From assembly GCA_030697705.1 (NCBI GenBank), contig JAUYPE010000017.1, forward strand, positions 5,066 to 69,065: DNA of 64,000 nt, given 5' to 3'. Each line of letters opens with the position of its first letter. The first letter of the stretch is position 1. Origin of the DNA: a bacterium (lineage in GTDB: Bacteria > Patescibacteriota > Minisyncoccia > Sungbacterales > HO2-52-23). Position numbers and translations under genes: made by a program. Of the stretch, positions 1 through 9,774 are shown piece after piece. The notes below the pieces were generated by a model. It was not told the origin of the DNA. It saw only the letters and a list, made by a program, of their open reading frames with translations, and made no database searches.

Positions 1-1
1 T

Positions 2-373
2 TTTGATGATGTCGCAATTATTTGTGATCTAGATTATCTATTTAGCAATGACTTCAAAAATTTACTGAAAGAGGTTGGTATGGATGAGAATATTCCTCAA
101 AAATTGCGACAACATATTGAATGGACAGATTCCGGCGACCCCTCCTTAAAATATATTCTTGAAAAGATTGCCGAGAAAGGAGAGCCGCAAGATTTAGAGC
201 AGGTACTGTCTGATCTAGCGGTCAAGAGAGTTTTTGCTTTTAGAAAGGGGTCGCCGGAGATGTATTATGTAAATAATAATGGAGATAAAAATGGCTGGGT
301 TAATATTCAAAATGAAGCGGATTTGCTAGAATCAGAGTATCTAAAAGATTTGATGAATAAGATATTAACCTAG
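2..373 (+). CDS. 3' part of a protein entering from outside the window; possibly the TOPRIM C-terminal region of an OLD-family ATP-dependent nuclease
   Basis: Frame is open from base 2 (FDDVAIICDLDYLFSND...). Has a DxD motif (CDLD) and a later VFAFRKGSPEMYY resembling OLD-TOPRIM tails; AT-rich. Confidence 0.45.
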   Translation, partial: FDDVAIICDLDYLFSNDFKNLLKEVGMDENIPQKLRQHIEWTDSGDPSLKYILEKIAEKGEPQDLEQVLSDLAVKRVFAFRKGSPEMYYVNNNGDKNGWVNIQNEADLLESEYLKDLMNKILT

Positions 374-621
374 CTATTTTGTCCGCCGAAAATTCCGTCC
401 GTCCGAGCAAGGGAATGGCGGAAGGGAGGTGTGGGGGGAATTCCGCCATTCCCTTGCAAAAAATAGAGGCCAGCTCCGCCGCCTTGCTCGTTGAGAGCAG
501 AACCCAGCAAAAAAGTTTTCTTTTCCTTTTAGAAGAAAAAATCGGGCGCGCTCAAATCCGGAAATGCAAAGAAAACTTTTTTGTGGGGCGTGTCGGTTTC
601 CGGCACGGCGGCGGGGCGGCT

Positions 622-830
622 TCATTGGGGGTTTTGCTCAAAGTAGGTTCGTCCAAGGTTCAGAATTTCCCACCTATATCCCCTCATTGGAAAGGAGGAT
701 CCCCTCGCAGTTGTTTAGTGCACAGATAATCAAGCGGCGGATTCAGGTATGCTCCCACGATCTGCTTGTCCCCGAATGGCAGGTAACCCCATACACATTT
801 GATATTGACCCTTATTTCAATGTATGAGGT
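622..830 (-). pseudogene. Putative remnant of a large serine recombinase C-terminus/att arm
   Basis: Minus strand reads ...LPFGDKQIVGAYLNPPLDYL... then, after a frameshift, MRGYRWEILNLGRTYFEQNPQ* (622-687). Resembles the tail motifs at 15948 and 60260. Confidence 0.35.
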
Positions 831-877
831 ACCTGCCGGGGCATGGTGAGCGAGGTAAAAAGAGTGGATTATGGGGC

Positions 878-906
878 TTGACAAAAGAAATGAGGTTCGC
901 TATGTT
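878..906 (+). promoter_or_regulatory. Sigma70-type promoter for the heme-binding protein gene
   Basis: TTGACA-17 nt-TATGTT, followed by AGGAG before the start. Confidence 0.55.
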
Positions 907-978
907 TGGTGCGGTCATTCGGAGTTTTGGGGTAGAGGAAGTTCTTTGTAACAAATTTTAGATATAGGAGTTTTGCCC

Positions 979-1743
979 ATGAAGAGGCAAGTTTTGGCTC
1001 TAGCAGTGACTATTTTAGTTCTTTCCTTGGCAAGCTCCGCGCTTGCCAATAACAGGCACAACTGTGACGGATTGCCGAGTGCCAGCCAATTACATTCGTA
1101 TCTTGTTGCTGCGGCAACGGGGACGGGTGTGAGTGGTCTGCTTGGACCGGGCACGAGTGCGGGCGGGCTCTTTGGCGGCACCCGTATGTGGGGAGCCATC
1201 GTGAATCGCGACGGGAAGCTCTGCGTGTCGGTCACCTCGACTGCAGATCCCACGCAGGTGTGGCCGGGTAGCCAAGCTATCGCGAAGGCAAAGGCCTACA
1301 CGGCGAATGCCTTTAGCGTTGATCCCTTGGCACTCTCTACTGCGCGGCTCTATCTGTTTGTCCAGCCGGGACACTCGTTGTATGGGCTGAACAACTCCAA
1401 TCCCTTTGACCCGCAATTCCTTGCGCCACCCGCAGGAGAAGGCGGGCAGAAGGGGCAGATTGGCGGCGGCGTTATAACTTTTGGTGGGGGCGTCCCGCTC
1501 TACAATGCCGCAGGTAGCATTATCGGCGGGCTCGGTGTCAGCGGAGATACTGCCTGTGCGGATCACGAGGTAGCAAAACGCGCTCGCGATTTGGCAGGTT
1601 TGAACCCGCCGGGCGGACCGCTGGCAGACGATATTGTTTACACCATCGCGGATAGTCCTCCTCCCAGCGTGTTCGGCCATCCGGTATGCCTTGGCACCTT
1701 GCGAAATGGCGTACCTATCGGCGATGAAACGCCGGCACCGTAG
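979..1743 (+). CDS. Secreted GlcG/HbpS-family heme-binding protein (DUF336)
   Basis: Signal peptide; IAKAKAYTA, FGGGVPLY and IIGGLGVSG...D motifs. Confidence 0.85.
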   Translation: MKRQVLALAVTILVLSLASSALANNRHNCDGLPSASQLHSYLVAAATGTGVSGLLGPGTSAGGLFGGTRMWGAIVNRDGKLCVSVTSTADPTQVWPGSQAIAKAKAYTANAFSVDPLALSTARLYLFVQPGHSLYGLNNSNPFDPQFLAPPAGEGGQKGQIGGGVITFGGGVPLYNAAGSIIGGLGVSGDTACADHEVAKRARDLAGLNPPGGPLADDIVYTIADSPPPSVFGHPVCLGTLRNGVPIGDETPAP

Positions 1744-1898
1744 TCCTTTATTTTTTAACATCCGAAGCTCACGGATGACCACAGAAGCGCTCTTGATCAA
1801 AAATCAAGAGCGTTCTTTTTATATCCAAAAAAAGCGGGAGAAATTTATTTTTCCGGATGAGGGATAGATAGCGTACTATCCGGTATCTCGGAGCAATA

Positions 1899-4886
1899 CT
1901 ACTCCTCCGCTTCAACGATGAAGCTCGTGGTAACGACGCGACCGGCATGTTTGAACTCGCCAAATATCTCATACAATCCTTGAGTCGGAAAGGTGAGGCG
2001 CGCCTGAATTTTCGGCCCAAATCGGTCGGGGATGAGGTGAGCGTGGTATTTCACATAGTCCTGGAACAACTGCTGGAAATAGGCGGAACCCGGTAAATAT
2101 GGCTGACCATGGGTGTGAGTAATGCGTCCCAAATCAGCACGCACTACCGCAATATGCATCGCCGCTCCAAGGTATGGTTCCAAGTCGTGAACAGGCACGC
2201 CATTCTTTTCAATTGCATAGGCCAGTTTAGCAACTTCACCAGTATTAATTTTTTTTGGAACTTCCAGCGTTACGCGGTAGCCGTCAATATCTTTTACAAG
2301 TGTGCGATCAAGATGTGTAATCGCGTCGCTGTTTTTTTCCATGCTGTTCGTACCGGATACGGATGCGTCGCCAACTTCAATGAAGGACTGCTGGGAAAGC
2401 TCGCGCCCGCCCACAACATAATCAATGAGAATGGTATAACGCCCCGCCGCGGGGAAGGTATAACGGAGCGGAAAGACAGCACTTTTTTTGATCTCCGGCG
2501 TGACGGGACCCACATCCTCGGTGTGAACGTGCGCGAATGTCTTAAGATCCTCGCCTACGATAACGAAGTGAAGAATCCTGTCGTGGTACACACCCAAATC
2601 CTCCGCTGGTCCGACAATCTGTCCGCGTTCAATCCTCCCAATACTTACCGAGAGATCTATTGGTATACCGGCAACCGGCTTGGTTGGTACGGTGGTAATG
2701 GTAACGCCGCTTTGCCGCGGGCGAGTAAAATATGCGTATTCGTTCGCATCCACAAGATGATACAGCCCGATATTGAAAGTGCATCCCGTCGTCGTATCGG
2801 CGGAGAGCGCTACACCGTCTCGAATAGGAACAGAAGGAAGCCAAAAGTTTCCATCCCTCCTGCAAATTTTTTCAAAATCGGTTCTGATGAATTGCGTATC
2901 AATGAGCCATATGCCGACCGAGAGGACGAGTGTTGTTCCTACCGCGATAAACAAAGAACGCACCACGCCTAGTACCGTCGGTGGTAGTGGTGAGGAATCT
3001 CCGCCCGCCGAGGGAGATGAACCGAGCGCAACATACGCCCCGTACCGTCCCGCACTCACGCGGTATAGCATCACGGTAATAAGAAGAACGCCGAGGGCAA
3101 TAGCAAGCAACACGATCTCAAACCAGCCAAACGAACGGGCATTCGGATCAATACGGCTCGTCGTAATGGCATCCGGATACTCAAGCGAGAATGAAGCAAT
3201 TGCGTCAAACGCCTCGGGGCGGGAGACAAAAACATCAATGCGCCACACCCCCGGCAAAGGAATCCCACTTCGTGAAAAAACATAACGCCCGGGCGCGCGC
3301 TCCTCTACCGCCACGGTCAAGGGACCAATCCCCTGCGCCTCGTTCGTGAGCTTCACGATGACGGCACCAAGCGTTGGTACCGCTCGGGTTTTTTCATCCG
3401 CAATGGCAACTAAAAATTTATCGGGTTCTATGGGATTCACGGATAAATCAATTCCTACTTCTTGGCTTGTCGCATGACGCGCAAAAGTAAACCGTTCGGG
3501 AGGCTGGGGCGGTGTCGTGATGATCAAAAAACTTGTCGCAAAAATAAGCATCACGCCAATGACGACCTCCAGTAAAAAAGTCGCGGGGAACCATTGCACC
3601 ATGCGCCTCGTACGGACAGGTGCCTGTGGAGTGTTTTGGCACGCGAGAAGCGTCGAGCGATCCGCCGCAAGTTGATGATAAAACCGCACTGCTGCAAATG
3701 CCCCGCCGAGCAGTGAAAGAATAATAAACCACTCGCCCCACGTGGAATTAAAAAGATAATGGGGGCTTTTGAGATCAAGCCAAATGATATACACGCCCGT
3801 CACTCCCGCAACACCGAAAATAACGCTCATCGCACGCGAAAATGCCGCGTAGGAAAAAGCTGTGGGAAGGAGATTTTTTATTTTTGCCAAGGTCGGTATC
3901 ACTGTGATACTGATAACCAGCAATCCTCCGATCCAAAGTTCTTTGGACAGAAGATGCACAGCGGTAATCGCAACCGAAAGCGCAGGGAAAAATGCGGTAG
4001 CCGCTGAATGGCTCACCCGGGTGCGCGAGAGAACGATAAGGAAAGCAATACCGGCAAGGAGCCACTCTTTTGACGAGATGGCGCGCGCATCGACAAATAT
4101 GCGGCGGCGGAACATAAAAAACACGAGGGTGAACATGATCGCAAGACCGCCACGGATAAGTGCATGTGTTCCGTCAAGCGTTCTTAGAAAAATGAGAAAG
4201 GTCGCAGCAAAGCCGGTTCCGCGCAATGCTCCCAAATCAAATGTTTTAAGAACAAGCAGGGTAGTGACACCTGCGAGGACGAGAAAAATGCCAAAACATA
4301 GTGAAAATGTTAAACGGCGCTGAAGGACATTGACCTCTTCATTTTTTACCATGCCACTCAAGCGATTTTTTAATGGCTTCAATATGATGACAAGCACCAA
4401 TAAAAACCCCCAGATGATGGACTGTCCTAAAAGTTCAAGCCAGAGCGCAACGGCCTGCGGAATAGTAGTAACATGTTGGACTTGAATCTGGCCCGCTGTA
4501 ACGGCAGAGATGGTTTCTTTCCCTACGGAAAAGACAAACGCGCCTTTCGAAAAGTGCCCATCATCCGCAGATGTCACCTGCCAGACAACCGTGTAGGTGC
4601 CCATACCGGCATCATGAACACTCGCTTGAAAAAAATGAGCGTCGGCCTGATCTATGCCCGCATCTTTTTCGTCAATACGTATACCGTCCGGTCCGAGCAC
4701 GGTCATGCCGCTCGCATTCGCCTCAATGCGCTCGCTGAAGTGGATGCGAACGCGAGTCGGCAGGCGTTCATGTACCACCGATGCTTGGGGCTCGTACGTA
4801 ATGGGTGTTGCATGGGCGGATGCGCTTTGTCCTCCCGCTCCAGGCGCAAGTAAAATAATGGCGGTTAAGAAGAGTTTTGATCGCAT
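1899..4886 (-). CDS. CopC-CopD copper uptake/resistance fusion with an extra Ig-like (YtkA/FixH-like) domain and two His-containing C-terminal domains
   Basis: Signal peptide then HA...; CopC motifs YTVVWQVTSADDGH; CopD-type TMs (SHS, HLL..LWIGG); C-terminal HDRILHF..FAHVH and PYLGAAMH..HTH. Start set at MRSKL (4886). Confidence 0.8.
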   Translation of the reverse strand: MRSKLFLTAIILLAPGAGGQSASAHATPITYEPQASVVHERLPTRVRIHFSERIEANASGMTVLGPDGIRIDEKDAGIDQADAHFFQASVHDAGMGTYTVVWQVTSADDGHFSKGAFVFSVGKETISAVTAGQIQVQHVTTIPQAVALWLELLGQSIIWGFLLVLVIILKPLKNRLSGMVKNEEVNVLQRRLTFSLCFGIFLVLAGVTTLLVLKTFDLGALRGTGFAATFLIFLRTLDGTHALIRGGLAIMFTLVFFMFRRRIFVDARAISSKEWLLAGIAFLIVLSRTRVSHSAATAFFPALSVAITAVHLLSKELWIGGLLVISITVIPTLAKIKNLLPTAFSYAAFSRAMSVIFGVAGVTGVYIIWLDLKSPHYLFNSTWGEWFIILSLLGGAFAAVRFYHQLAADRSTLLACQNTPQAPVRTRRMVQWFPATFLLEVVIGVMLIFATSFLIITTPPQPPERFTFARHATSQEVGIDLSVNPIEPDKFLVAIADEKTRAVPTLGAVIVKLTNEAQGIGPLTVAVEERAPGRYVFSRSGIPLPGVWRIDVFVSRPEAFDAIASFSLEYPDAITTSRIDPNARSFGWFEIVLLAIALGVLLITVMLYRVSAGRYGAYVALGSSPSAGGDSSPLPPTVLGVVRSLFIAVGTTLVLSVGIWLIDTQFIRTDFEKICRRDGNFWLPSVPIRDGVALSADTTTGCTFNIGLYHLVDANEYAYFTRPRQSGVTITTVPTKPVAGIPIDLSVSIGRIERGQIVGPAEDLGVYHDRILHFVIVGEDLKTFAHVHTEDVGPVTPEIKKSAVFPLRYTFPAAGRYTILIDYVVGGRELSQQSFIEVGDASVSGTNSMEKNSDAITHLDRTLVKDIDGYRVTLEVPKKINTGEVAKLAYAIEKNGVPVHDLEPYLGAAMHIAVVRADLGRITHTHGQPYLPGSAYFQQLFQDYVKYHAHLIPDRFGPKIQARLTFPTQGLYEIFGEFKHAGRVVTTSFIVEAEE

Positions 4887-5083
4887 ATGAAGAAGATGAC
4901 AATAGCCCTTGGATAATAATTTTCGTCGCGAAATTTTATGATTTTGAGTGAGACAAAGTACAATTTCAAAACATATACGCATTATATGTTCAAAAATCCT
5001 TTGCAAAGCTGTTGCAAAGATCCAAAGCTTATACGTGCAGGACAAAGGTTATTACGCAGGGGTACTCCGGTCGTTGATTTATC

Positions 5084-5638
5084 TTAAGCTTTTTTTCGTT
5101 CCCCCCTAAAAAAAGATATGATCACAATAACCATAACCACAACTACCGCGCCCAAGAGAAAAAGGTTGATAATGCGATTTTGTGCGGCGTCAGCTGTTTT
5201 TTCTTCAGCGCCCCCTACGGTCAAGGGGAATGTTGCCTCGGCAAGCGTCTTGCCATCTTTGTCAAAACGCACTTTCATGTTATACAGCCCGCCGTAGGGA
5301 AAGGCAAAAGTCATCCCCGGCGGTACGATAGCGGAGTCTGACCCAACAATCCCCACATCAAGAACGGGCGGCATGTAGTTTGCATTCGTACCGGTTGATG
5401 TAATCGTCACCCAGACATCATCCACCGCAAGTGCTGTGGAGCGGTCTTTAGTGAAAAGCTGGAAAGCGAACTGTACGGGGGTTCCCAGAAAAATACCGCC
5501 CGTCGCATCGTAGTCCACATTGGCAATGTATTCACCAGCCGGCTTATCAAGCTGAATACCGAATCCGTTTGCCAGCACGTCTCCGACTGGCATAAAGATA
5601 AAAAGAGAAATAAAAAAAATAAAGGTGAAATATCTCAT
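5084..5638 (-). CDS. Exported Ig-like protein with C-terminal membrane anchor, in the copper cluster
   Basis: Signal peptide, FAFPYGGLYNMKVRF beta-strand pattern, C-terminal TM and basic tail. Confidence 0.7.
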   Translation of the reverse strand: MRYFTFIFFISLFIFMPVGDVLANGFGIQLDKPAGEYIANVDYDATGGIFLGTPVQFAFQLFTKDRSTALAVDDVWVTITSTGTNANYMPPVLDVGIVGSDSAIVPPGMTFAFPYGGLYNMKVRFDKDGKTLAEATFPLTVGGAEEKTADAAQNRIINLFLLGAVVVVMVIVIISFFRGERKKA

Positions 5639-5713
5639 GAACAGTATTTTTTAGCGATACGATCCCCGTCTCCTCCATTCTAGTAGGAGACGGGGACCCC
5701 TACATGATGAATA

Positions 5714-6463
5714 CTATTCGTGCATTACGCGTGGACGAAGAAGCCACGCTACCCCGCCAAGAAGTATGCCGAAAACGCCAAGCACGATGCCAATGACGGC
5801 TTTGGAGCCAGTGCTCGCAACTTCATCTTGTGTCGTATTTTGGGCAAACTCAATTCCCTGCACTCTTTCTTCAAGCTCGGAGAAAGTCGTCTTCACCGGA
5901 GGGAAGGTACTCTCTGCCTTGGAAACCGGACAGCCGAAGCCGCTCTTCTTTGCCTTCTGGGTAACACTATCCGAGACAACTTTCTCCATCATATCATCGG
6001 AAACAGTGTCGCTTGAATTACAGCTGAAGACCAGATCAATGGGTGTGGCATTAATCGTTCCGAAGATACGAAAGGTATACGTTGTCTGAACACTGGGATA
6101 AAAAACCGCCTCATAACTGCCGGGAGTTTCCCGAACCGCCTTGAGATCCATTATTTTCTTTACACTCCCTGCACTTACCTCAACTTTGAGCGTTTTTTCA
6201 AGTTCCGTAACGGGCGCACCCTCGGCATCAGAATCCTCATCATGATGATCGGTATCTCCCCCGACTTTCTTACTCATAGATACTGCCAGAGAAAACCCGG
6301 CACGGTCATCAACCGCAACTGGCTCATTCAGAAAACCAACGGTAAAAACATACTCTTTGCCCCCGATCTGGTATACGCGATGCTCATGAGCGAGCGCGGC
6401 AACGGGTATCGCAAGGGCAAGCAGAGCTATCACAAACGAAATACCACACAAACGAGTTTTCAT
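5714..6463 (-). CDS. Exported/membrane-anchored putative metal-binding protein
   Basis: Signal peptide ending ALA-HEH (N-terminal His after cleavage), DHHDED loop, C-terminal TM. Confidence 0.7.
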   Translation of the reverse strand: MKTRLCGISFVIALLALAIPVAALAHEHRVYQIGGKEYVFTVGFLNEPVAVDDRAGFSLAVSMSKKVGGDTDHHDEDSDAEGAPVTELEKTLKVEVSAGSVKKIMDLKAVRETPGSYEAVFYPSVQTTYTFRIFGTINATPIDLVFSCNSSDTVSDDMMEKVVSDSVTQKAKKSGFGCPVSKAESTFPPVKTTFSELEERVQGIEFAQNTTQDEVASTGSKAVIGIVLGVFGILLGGVAWLLRPRVMHE

Positions 6464-6536
6464 AATGGAGAAAAGTGGTGAGAAGTAGTGCCCTCTTAAT
6501 AAGAGGTGGATAATGCTCATCACGCGATATTAATAA

Positions 6537-6938
6537 TCACTCCGCAAAACTCATATCATGCGACCCTTCAGCAAATAATCGGGAGTGTACAATACCGCTT
6601 GATAATGCCCTCCGCACCGGATCAAAAATCTTCGCGAAATTAGCTACCGTTTCACAAACGCGGTACAGCACCAGAAAGTATGACCGCTTGTGTGTTCTTT
6701 TCTCAAGAAAGGGCTGAAACAGTGTCGCGTGTTTGGTAATGAATGCCATCGCTAAGAGCGCTGCCCACCAGCGCCGTTCTTCGCCATGATGTGCCGCCTG
6801 CTCCTCACTTCCAAATAGTCTATCCGGGTGATGGTGATCAAAGACCGTGATATGTAAAACCAATGCAAAAAGCACCGCTAGCGCGAGAAAAAACCAGAAC
6901 AATCTTGGATGAAAATATTTTTTTAAGCGTGCTGACAT
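6537..6938 (-). CDS. Hypothetical membrane protein with His-rich loop
   Basis: TM followed by DHHHPD...AHHGE; co-oriented at the head of the copper cluster. Confidence 0.55.
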   Translation of the reverse strand: MSARLKKYFHPRLFWFFLALAVLFALVLHITVFDHHHPDRLFGSEEQAAHHGEERRWWAALLAMAFITKHATLFQPFLEKRTHKRSYFLVLYRVCETVANFAKIFDPVRRALSSGIVHSRLFAEGSHDMSFAE

Positions 6939-7103
6939 ATGTTTGAAAGTATACCGTACTCGGAACGGTCAATCAACATTCGCTACAACGAATAAGAAGT
7001 CAAAAAGCGGGCGCCCTATAGGGTCTTTGCTCATTCATTGTTGAGGACGTATACTGGCACACAAAGGTCGGACTTTTTTATAATGACCTATTACACTACT
7101 ACA

Positions 7104-7421
7104 ATGGAAGAACGCAAAGAAGGCGGCGGTGCCTGCGGAGGGAGTGGATGCCAGCACGGTTGTTCGGGTGCGCATGGTGGCATGTGGGACGGCGAGGGAA
7201 TGCACAAATTTTTCCTGCTCCGAATGCTGCTTCTCTTGGCAATCGTGAGTTTCGTCTTCTGGGGTGGTATGAAACTTGGCGAACTGAAAAGTTCGCTTTA
7301 TGGAGATGGTTACCGTCACAAGATATACAACAGCTATGGTTGTTATCCGCGCCAGCGCACTTTGTATTATGATGACAGTGTAATTCCTGATAACACTTAC
7401 GACGTACCCGAGGCACTGTAA
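7104..7421 (+). CDS. Small membrane protein with Cys/His/Gly-rich N-terminus
   Basis: ACGGSGCQHGCSGAHGGM..MH then one TM; followed by a terminator. Confidence 0.6.
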   Translation: MEERKEGGGACGGSGCQHGCSGAHGGMWDGEGMHKFFLLRMLLLLAIVSFVFWGGMKLGELKSSLYGDGYRHKIYNSYGCYPRQRTLYYDDSVIPDNTYDVPEAL

Positions 7422-7478
7422 TGCAATCGGCAAGAAAAATGATTCTGCGGGACATGAACAATGGGTAACCGGAACCGC

Positions 7479-7512
7479 AAAAAAATCCCGATGATATCAT
7501 CGGGATTTTTTT
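7479..7512. terminator. Bidirectional intrinsic terminator
   Basis: AAAAAAATCCCGATGATATCATCGGGATTTTTTT between convergent genes. Confidence 0.8.
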
Positions 7513-7539
7513 ATACCCTCCTTCCTCTTTTTATAATAA

Positions 7540-8823
7540 TCAAACGCGCTTGCCAAGCTCGGCGGCGGTTTCCTGGCTTGTCTCAATATTCTCAAGAATC
7601 TCAAACGCGGATGCCTTGCCGATCGTCATTGCGCCGAGTCCCGCGGCGGCCATAGCCGCAAGTCCGCCCAGAGCAATTCCCCACCGCGGTCCTTGATGCT
7701 CCCCGATCCAACCGATAATGGGACCTCCAATTGGTGTAGAACCTAAAAATGCAACCGTCCACAACGCCATAACCCGCCCGCGCATTTCCGGTGCGCTCTC
7801 CACCTGAAGCAGAACATTGCCCAGCGAGGTAAAATTAATGGAAAAAATACCGATAAGGACGAGTGCGATGATGGCAAGTGTGTAGTTCGGCGCGATGGCT
7901 GCAAGAAGCATGGCTCCACCAAGCAGCATTGCCGCGCGTATGAGAAGGCGAGGTGAGGCGGTATGACGGCGCGCGGTAAAAAATAAACCGCCGAGCACCG
8001 ACCCCAAACCCATCGCGCCCGTCAGTGCCGCATAGCCGTGTGGTCCTGCGTGGAAGGTAAACTCCGCCAGAAGTGGCAAACTCACAATGAATTCGTACGC
8101 AAGCGTACCAATAACTGCCATCATAAGGAGTGTATTGCGCAGGAGAGGTGTTGCGGCGATATAACGGAATCCTTCCATGAGTTGACCGCGTATTCGTGTG
8201 ACGCGCGGTGGTGGACTTAATTCTCGCTCGTGCATAAGTATCAATGCTCCCAACACTCCCACGTATGAAAACGCATTGATCATAAAACACCACGCGAGCC
8301 CGACGCCCGCGATGAGGATACCGGCGATTGTCGGCCCGATGACGCGCGTAAGATTAATTTCCATGGAATTGAGCGAGACGGCATTGCCGAGCTGTTCCGT
8401 ATCCACCATTTCCAAAACGAAGGTCTGGCGCGTGGGATTATCAATTGCGTTGACCATACCGAGACAGAGTGCCAGCACGCCAACCATCCACAGCTGGACC
8501 GTATCGGTCATGACGAGAATCCCCAGAATGAGTGCTAAAATTCCCGAGAGTGATTGGGTGAAATAAAGGATTTTTCGTTTGGGAAATCTGTCCGCAATGA
8601 CCCCGCCGAACGGTCCGAAGATCAAAATGGGAAGAAATTGCAGTGCGGTGATTACACCGAGCGCCGTGCCTGAACCCGTAATTTTCAAAACCAGCCACGC
8701 CTGTCCGATTGTTTGCATCCATGTTCCGCACAACGAAACCGCCTGTCCGATGAAATACAGGCGGTAGTTGCGAACTTTGAGCGAAGAAAATGTTTGATGT
8801 CCGAACGCGATAATCCGTTGCAT
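7540..8823 (-). CDS. MFS transporter (MFS_3/DUF894-like)
   Basis: About 12 TM; RNYRLYFIGQAVSLCGTWMQ, GVIADRFPKRK motif A, EMRGRVM. Confidence 0.9.
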   Translation of the reverse strand: MQRIIAFGHQTFSSLKVRNYRLYFIGQAVSLCGTWMQTIGQAWLVLKITGSGTALGVITALQFLPILIFGPFGGVIADRFPKRKILYFTQSLSGILALILGILVMTDTVQLWMVGVLALCLGMVNAIDNPTRQTFVLEMVDTEQLGNAVSLNSMEINLTRVIGPTIAGILIAGVGLAWCFMINAFSYVGVLGALILMHERELSPPPRVTRIRGQLMEGFRYIAATPLLRNTLLMMAVIGTLAYEFIVSLPLLAEFTFHAGPHGYAALTGAMGLGSVLGGLFFTARRHTASPRLLIRAAMLLGGAMLLAAIAPNYTLAIIALVLIGIFSINFTSLGNVLLQVESAPEMRGRVMALWTVAFLGSTPIGGPIIGWIGEHQGPRWGIALGGLAAMAAAGLGAMTIGKASAFEILENIETSQETAAELGKRV

Positions 8824-8849
8824 GAAAACTAGAGCTTGTATGTTCTGGT

Positions 8850-8934
8850 CGTCATCCCGAACGAAGTGAGGGATCCCGTACGGTTTCAGTATTCTGAATG
8901 ATAACGGGATTCCTCGTTAGCACTCGGAATGACG
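8850..8934. repeat. CGTC-tagged REP-like palindrome dimer
   Basis: CGTCATCCCGAACGAAGTGAGGGATCCC with an inverted partner ending CTCGGAATGACG; near-identical unit at 47307. Confidence 0.75.
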
Positions 8935-9090
8935 GAACAGAGGTAAGCATATAAATCCTAAAAATAGTCTCTTCCATCGTAACAAAACCCATCTCTTTGC
9001 GTCAAAAAAAATAAAAATCCCACCGCCGCATATCGCTTGGGGTGGGATTATTTCGCCTCCTTTCCCCCGCTATTTTTGCAAGAACCTTGG

Positions 9091-9402
9091 TCAGCCAGCC
9101 ACTTCATAATACTGCAGAGCACTCTGTTCCGCCTCAAGCCAGTCCTCAAGGGCATCAGCATCCTTATGCAACCTGTAAACTTTCTCGGCTTCGTTCCTTA
9201 TTTTCTCACGAAGCGGAGAATAACCGATTCCAAAAGGAGGGTGAGAGAAAGTTCCAAAGAGGTGCTCCGCCTCATACCAATTGCGATCCCTCCGACGCTT
9301 TTCTTTGTCATGCCACCTTAACCAAGCCCGCACTTGCACGAGATGACTAAACTTCTCAAGAGACACCGGTTCTCTGTACCTTATTCGACTTACCTCACCC
9401 AT
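9091..9402 (-). CDS. DUF2934-like protein with two tandem repeats
   Basis: VRAWLRW...NWYEAE and IRNEAEKVY...ALEDWLEAE; GAGGAG RBS before ATG 9402. Confidence 0.6.
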   Translation of the reverse strand: MGEVSRIRYREPVSLEKFSHLVQVRAWLRWHDKEKRRRDRNWYEAEHLFGTFSHPPFGIGYSPLREKIRNEAEKVYRLHKDADALEDWLEAEQSALQYYEVAG

Positions 9403-9499
9403 GGTCAGTCTCCTCGGTTCGCAGGTTTTTCTCCTACCCTTTCCTATCTCAACGAGAGCACAAACATAGCATAAACAATTTTTTCCGTCAAACGACGGG

Positions 9500-9763
9500 T
9501 CATCCAGTCGATGGGTTTGCCCTTGCGCACAGTTCCCATTTTTGCGTCCGCGTGAGTTTTTTGAGCGCATACTCCCGCCGCATGGCTCCGCGTCGCGTGC
9601 GGCACAGTTCCGCATACCGCACGACCACCGGTCGGCGTGTTCTGGTATACCGTGCACCTGACTTCAGAGAATTATGCGCATGGAGACGCCGTGCCAAATC
9701 ATTCGTCGCGCCGACATAGAGCGTCCCGTCAGCGCACTCAAGAATATAAACGCAGTACCTCAT
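9500..9763 (-). CDS. Small GIY-YIG nuclease (UPF0213/YazA-like)
   Basis: VYILECADGTLYVGATNDLARRLHAHN...GARYTR..RP...AMRRE..LK. Confidence 0.9.
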   Translation of the reverse strand: MRYCVYILECADGTLYVGATNDLARRLHAHNSLKSGARYTRTRRPVVVRYAELCRTRRGAMRREYALKKLTRTQKWELCARANPSTG

Positions 9764-9774
9764 AGCAGTCCGTT

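Noticed and set aside
6950-7030. CsoR-type copper operator upstream of the metal cluster
   Set aside because: Only a short CCCTATAGGG palindrome, a weak match, and no regulator gene nearby.
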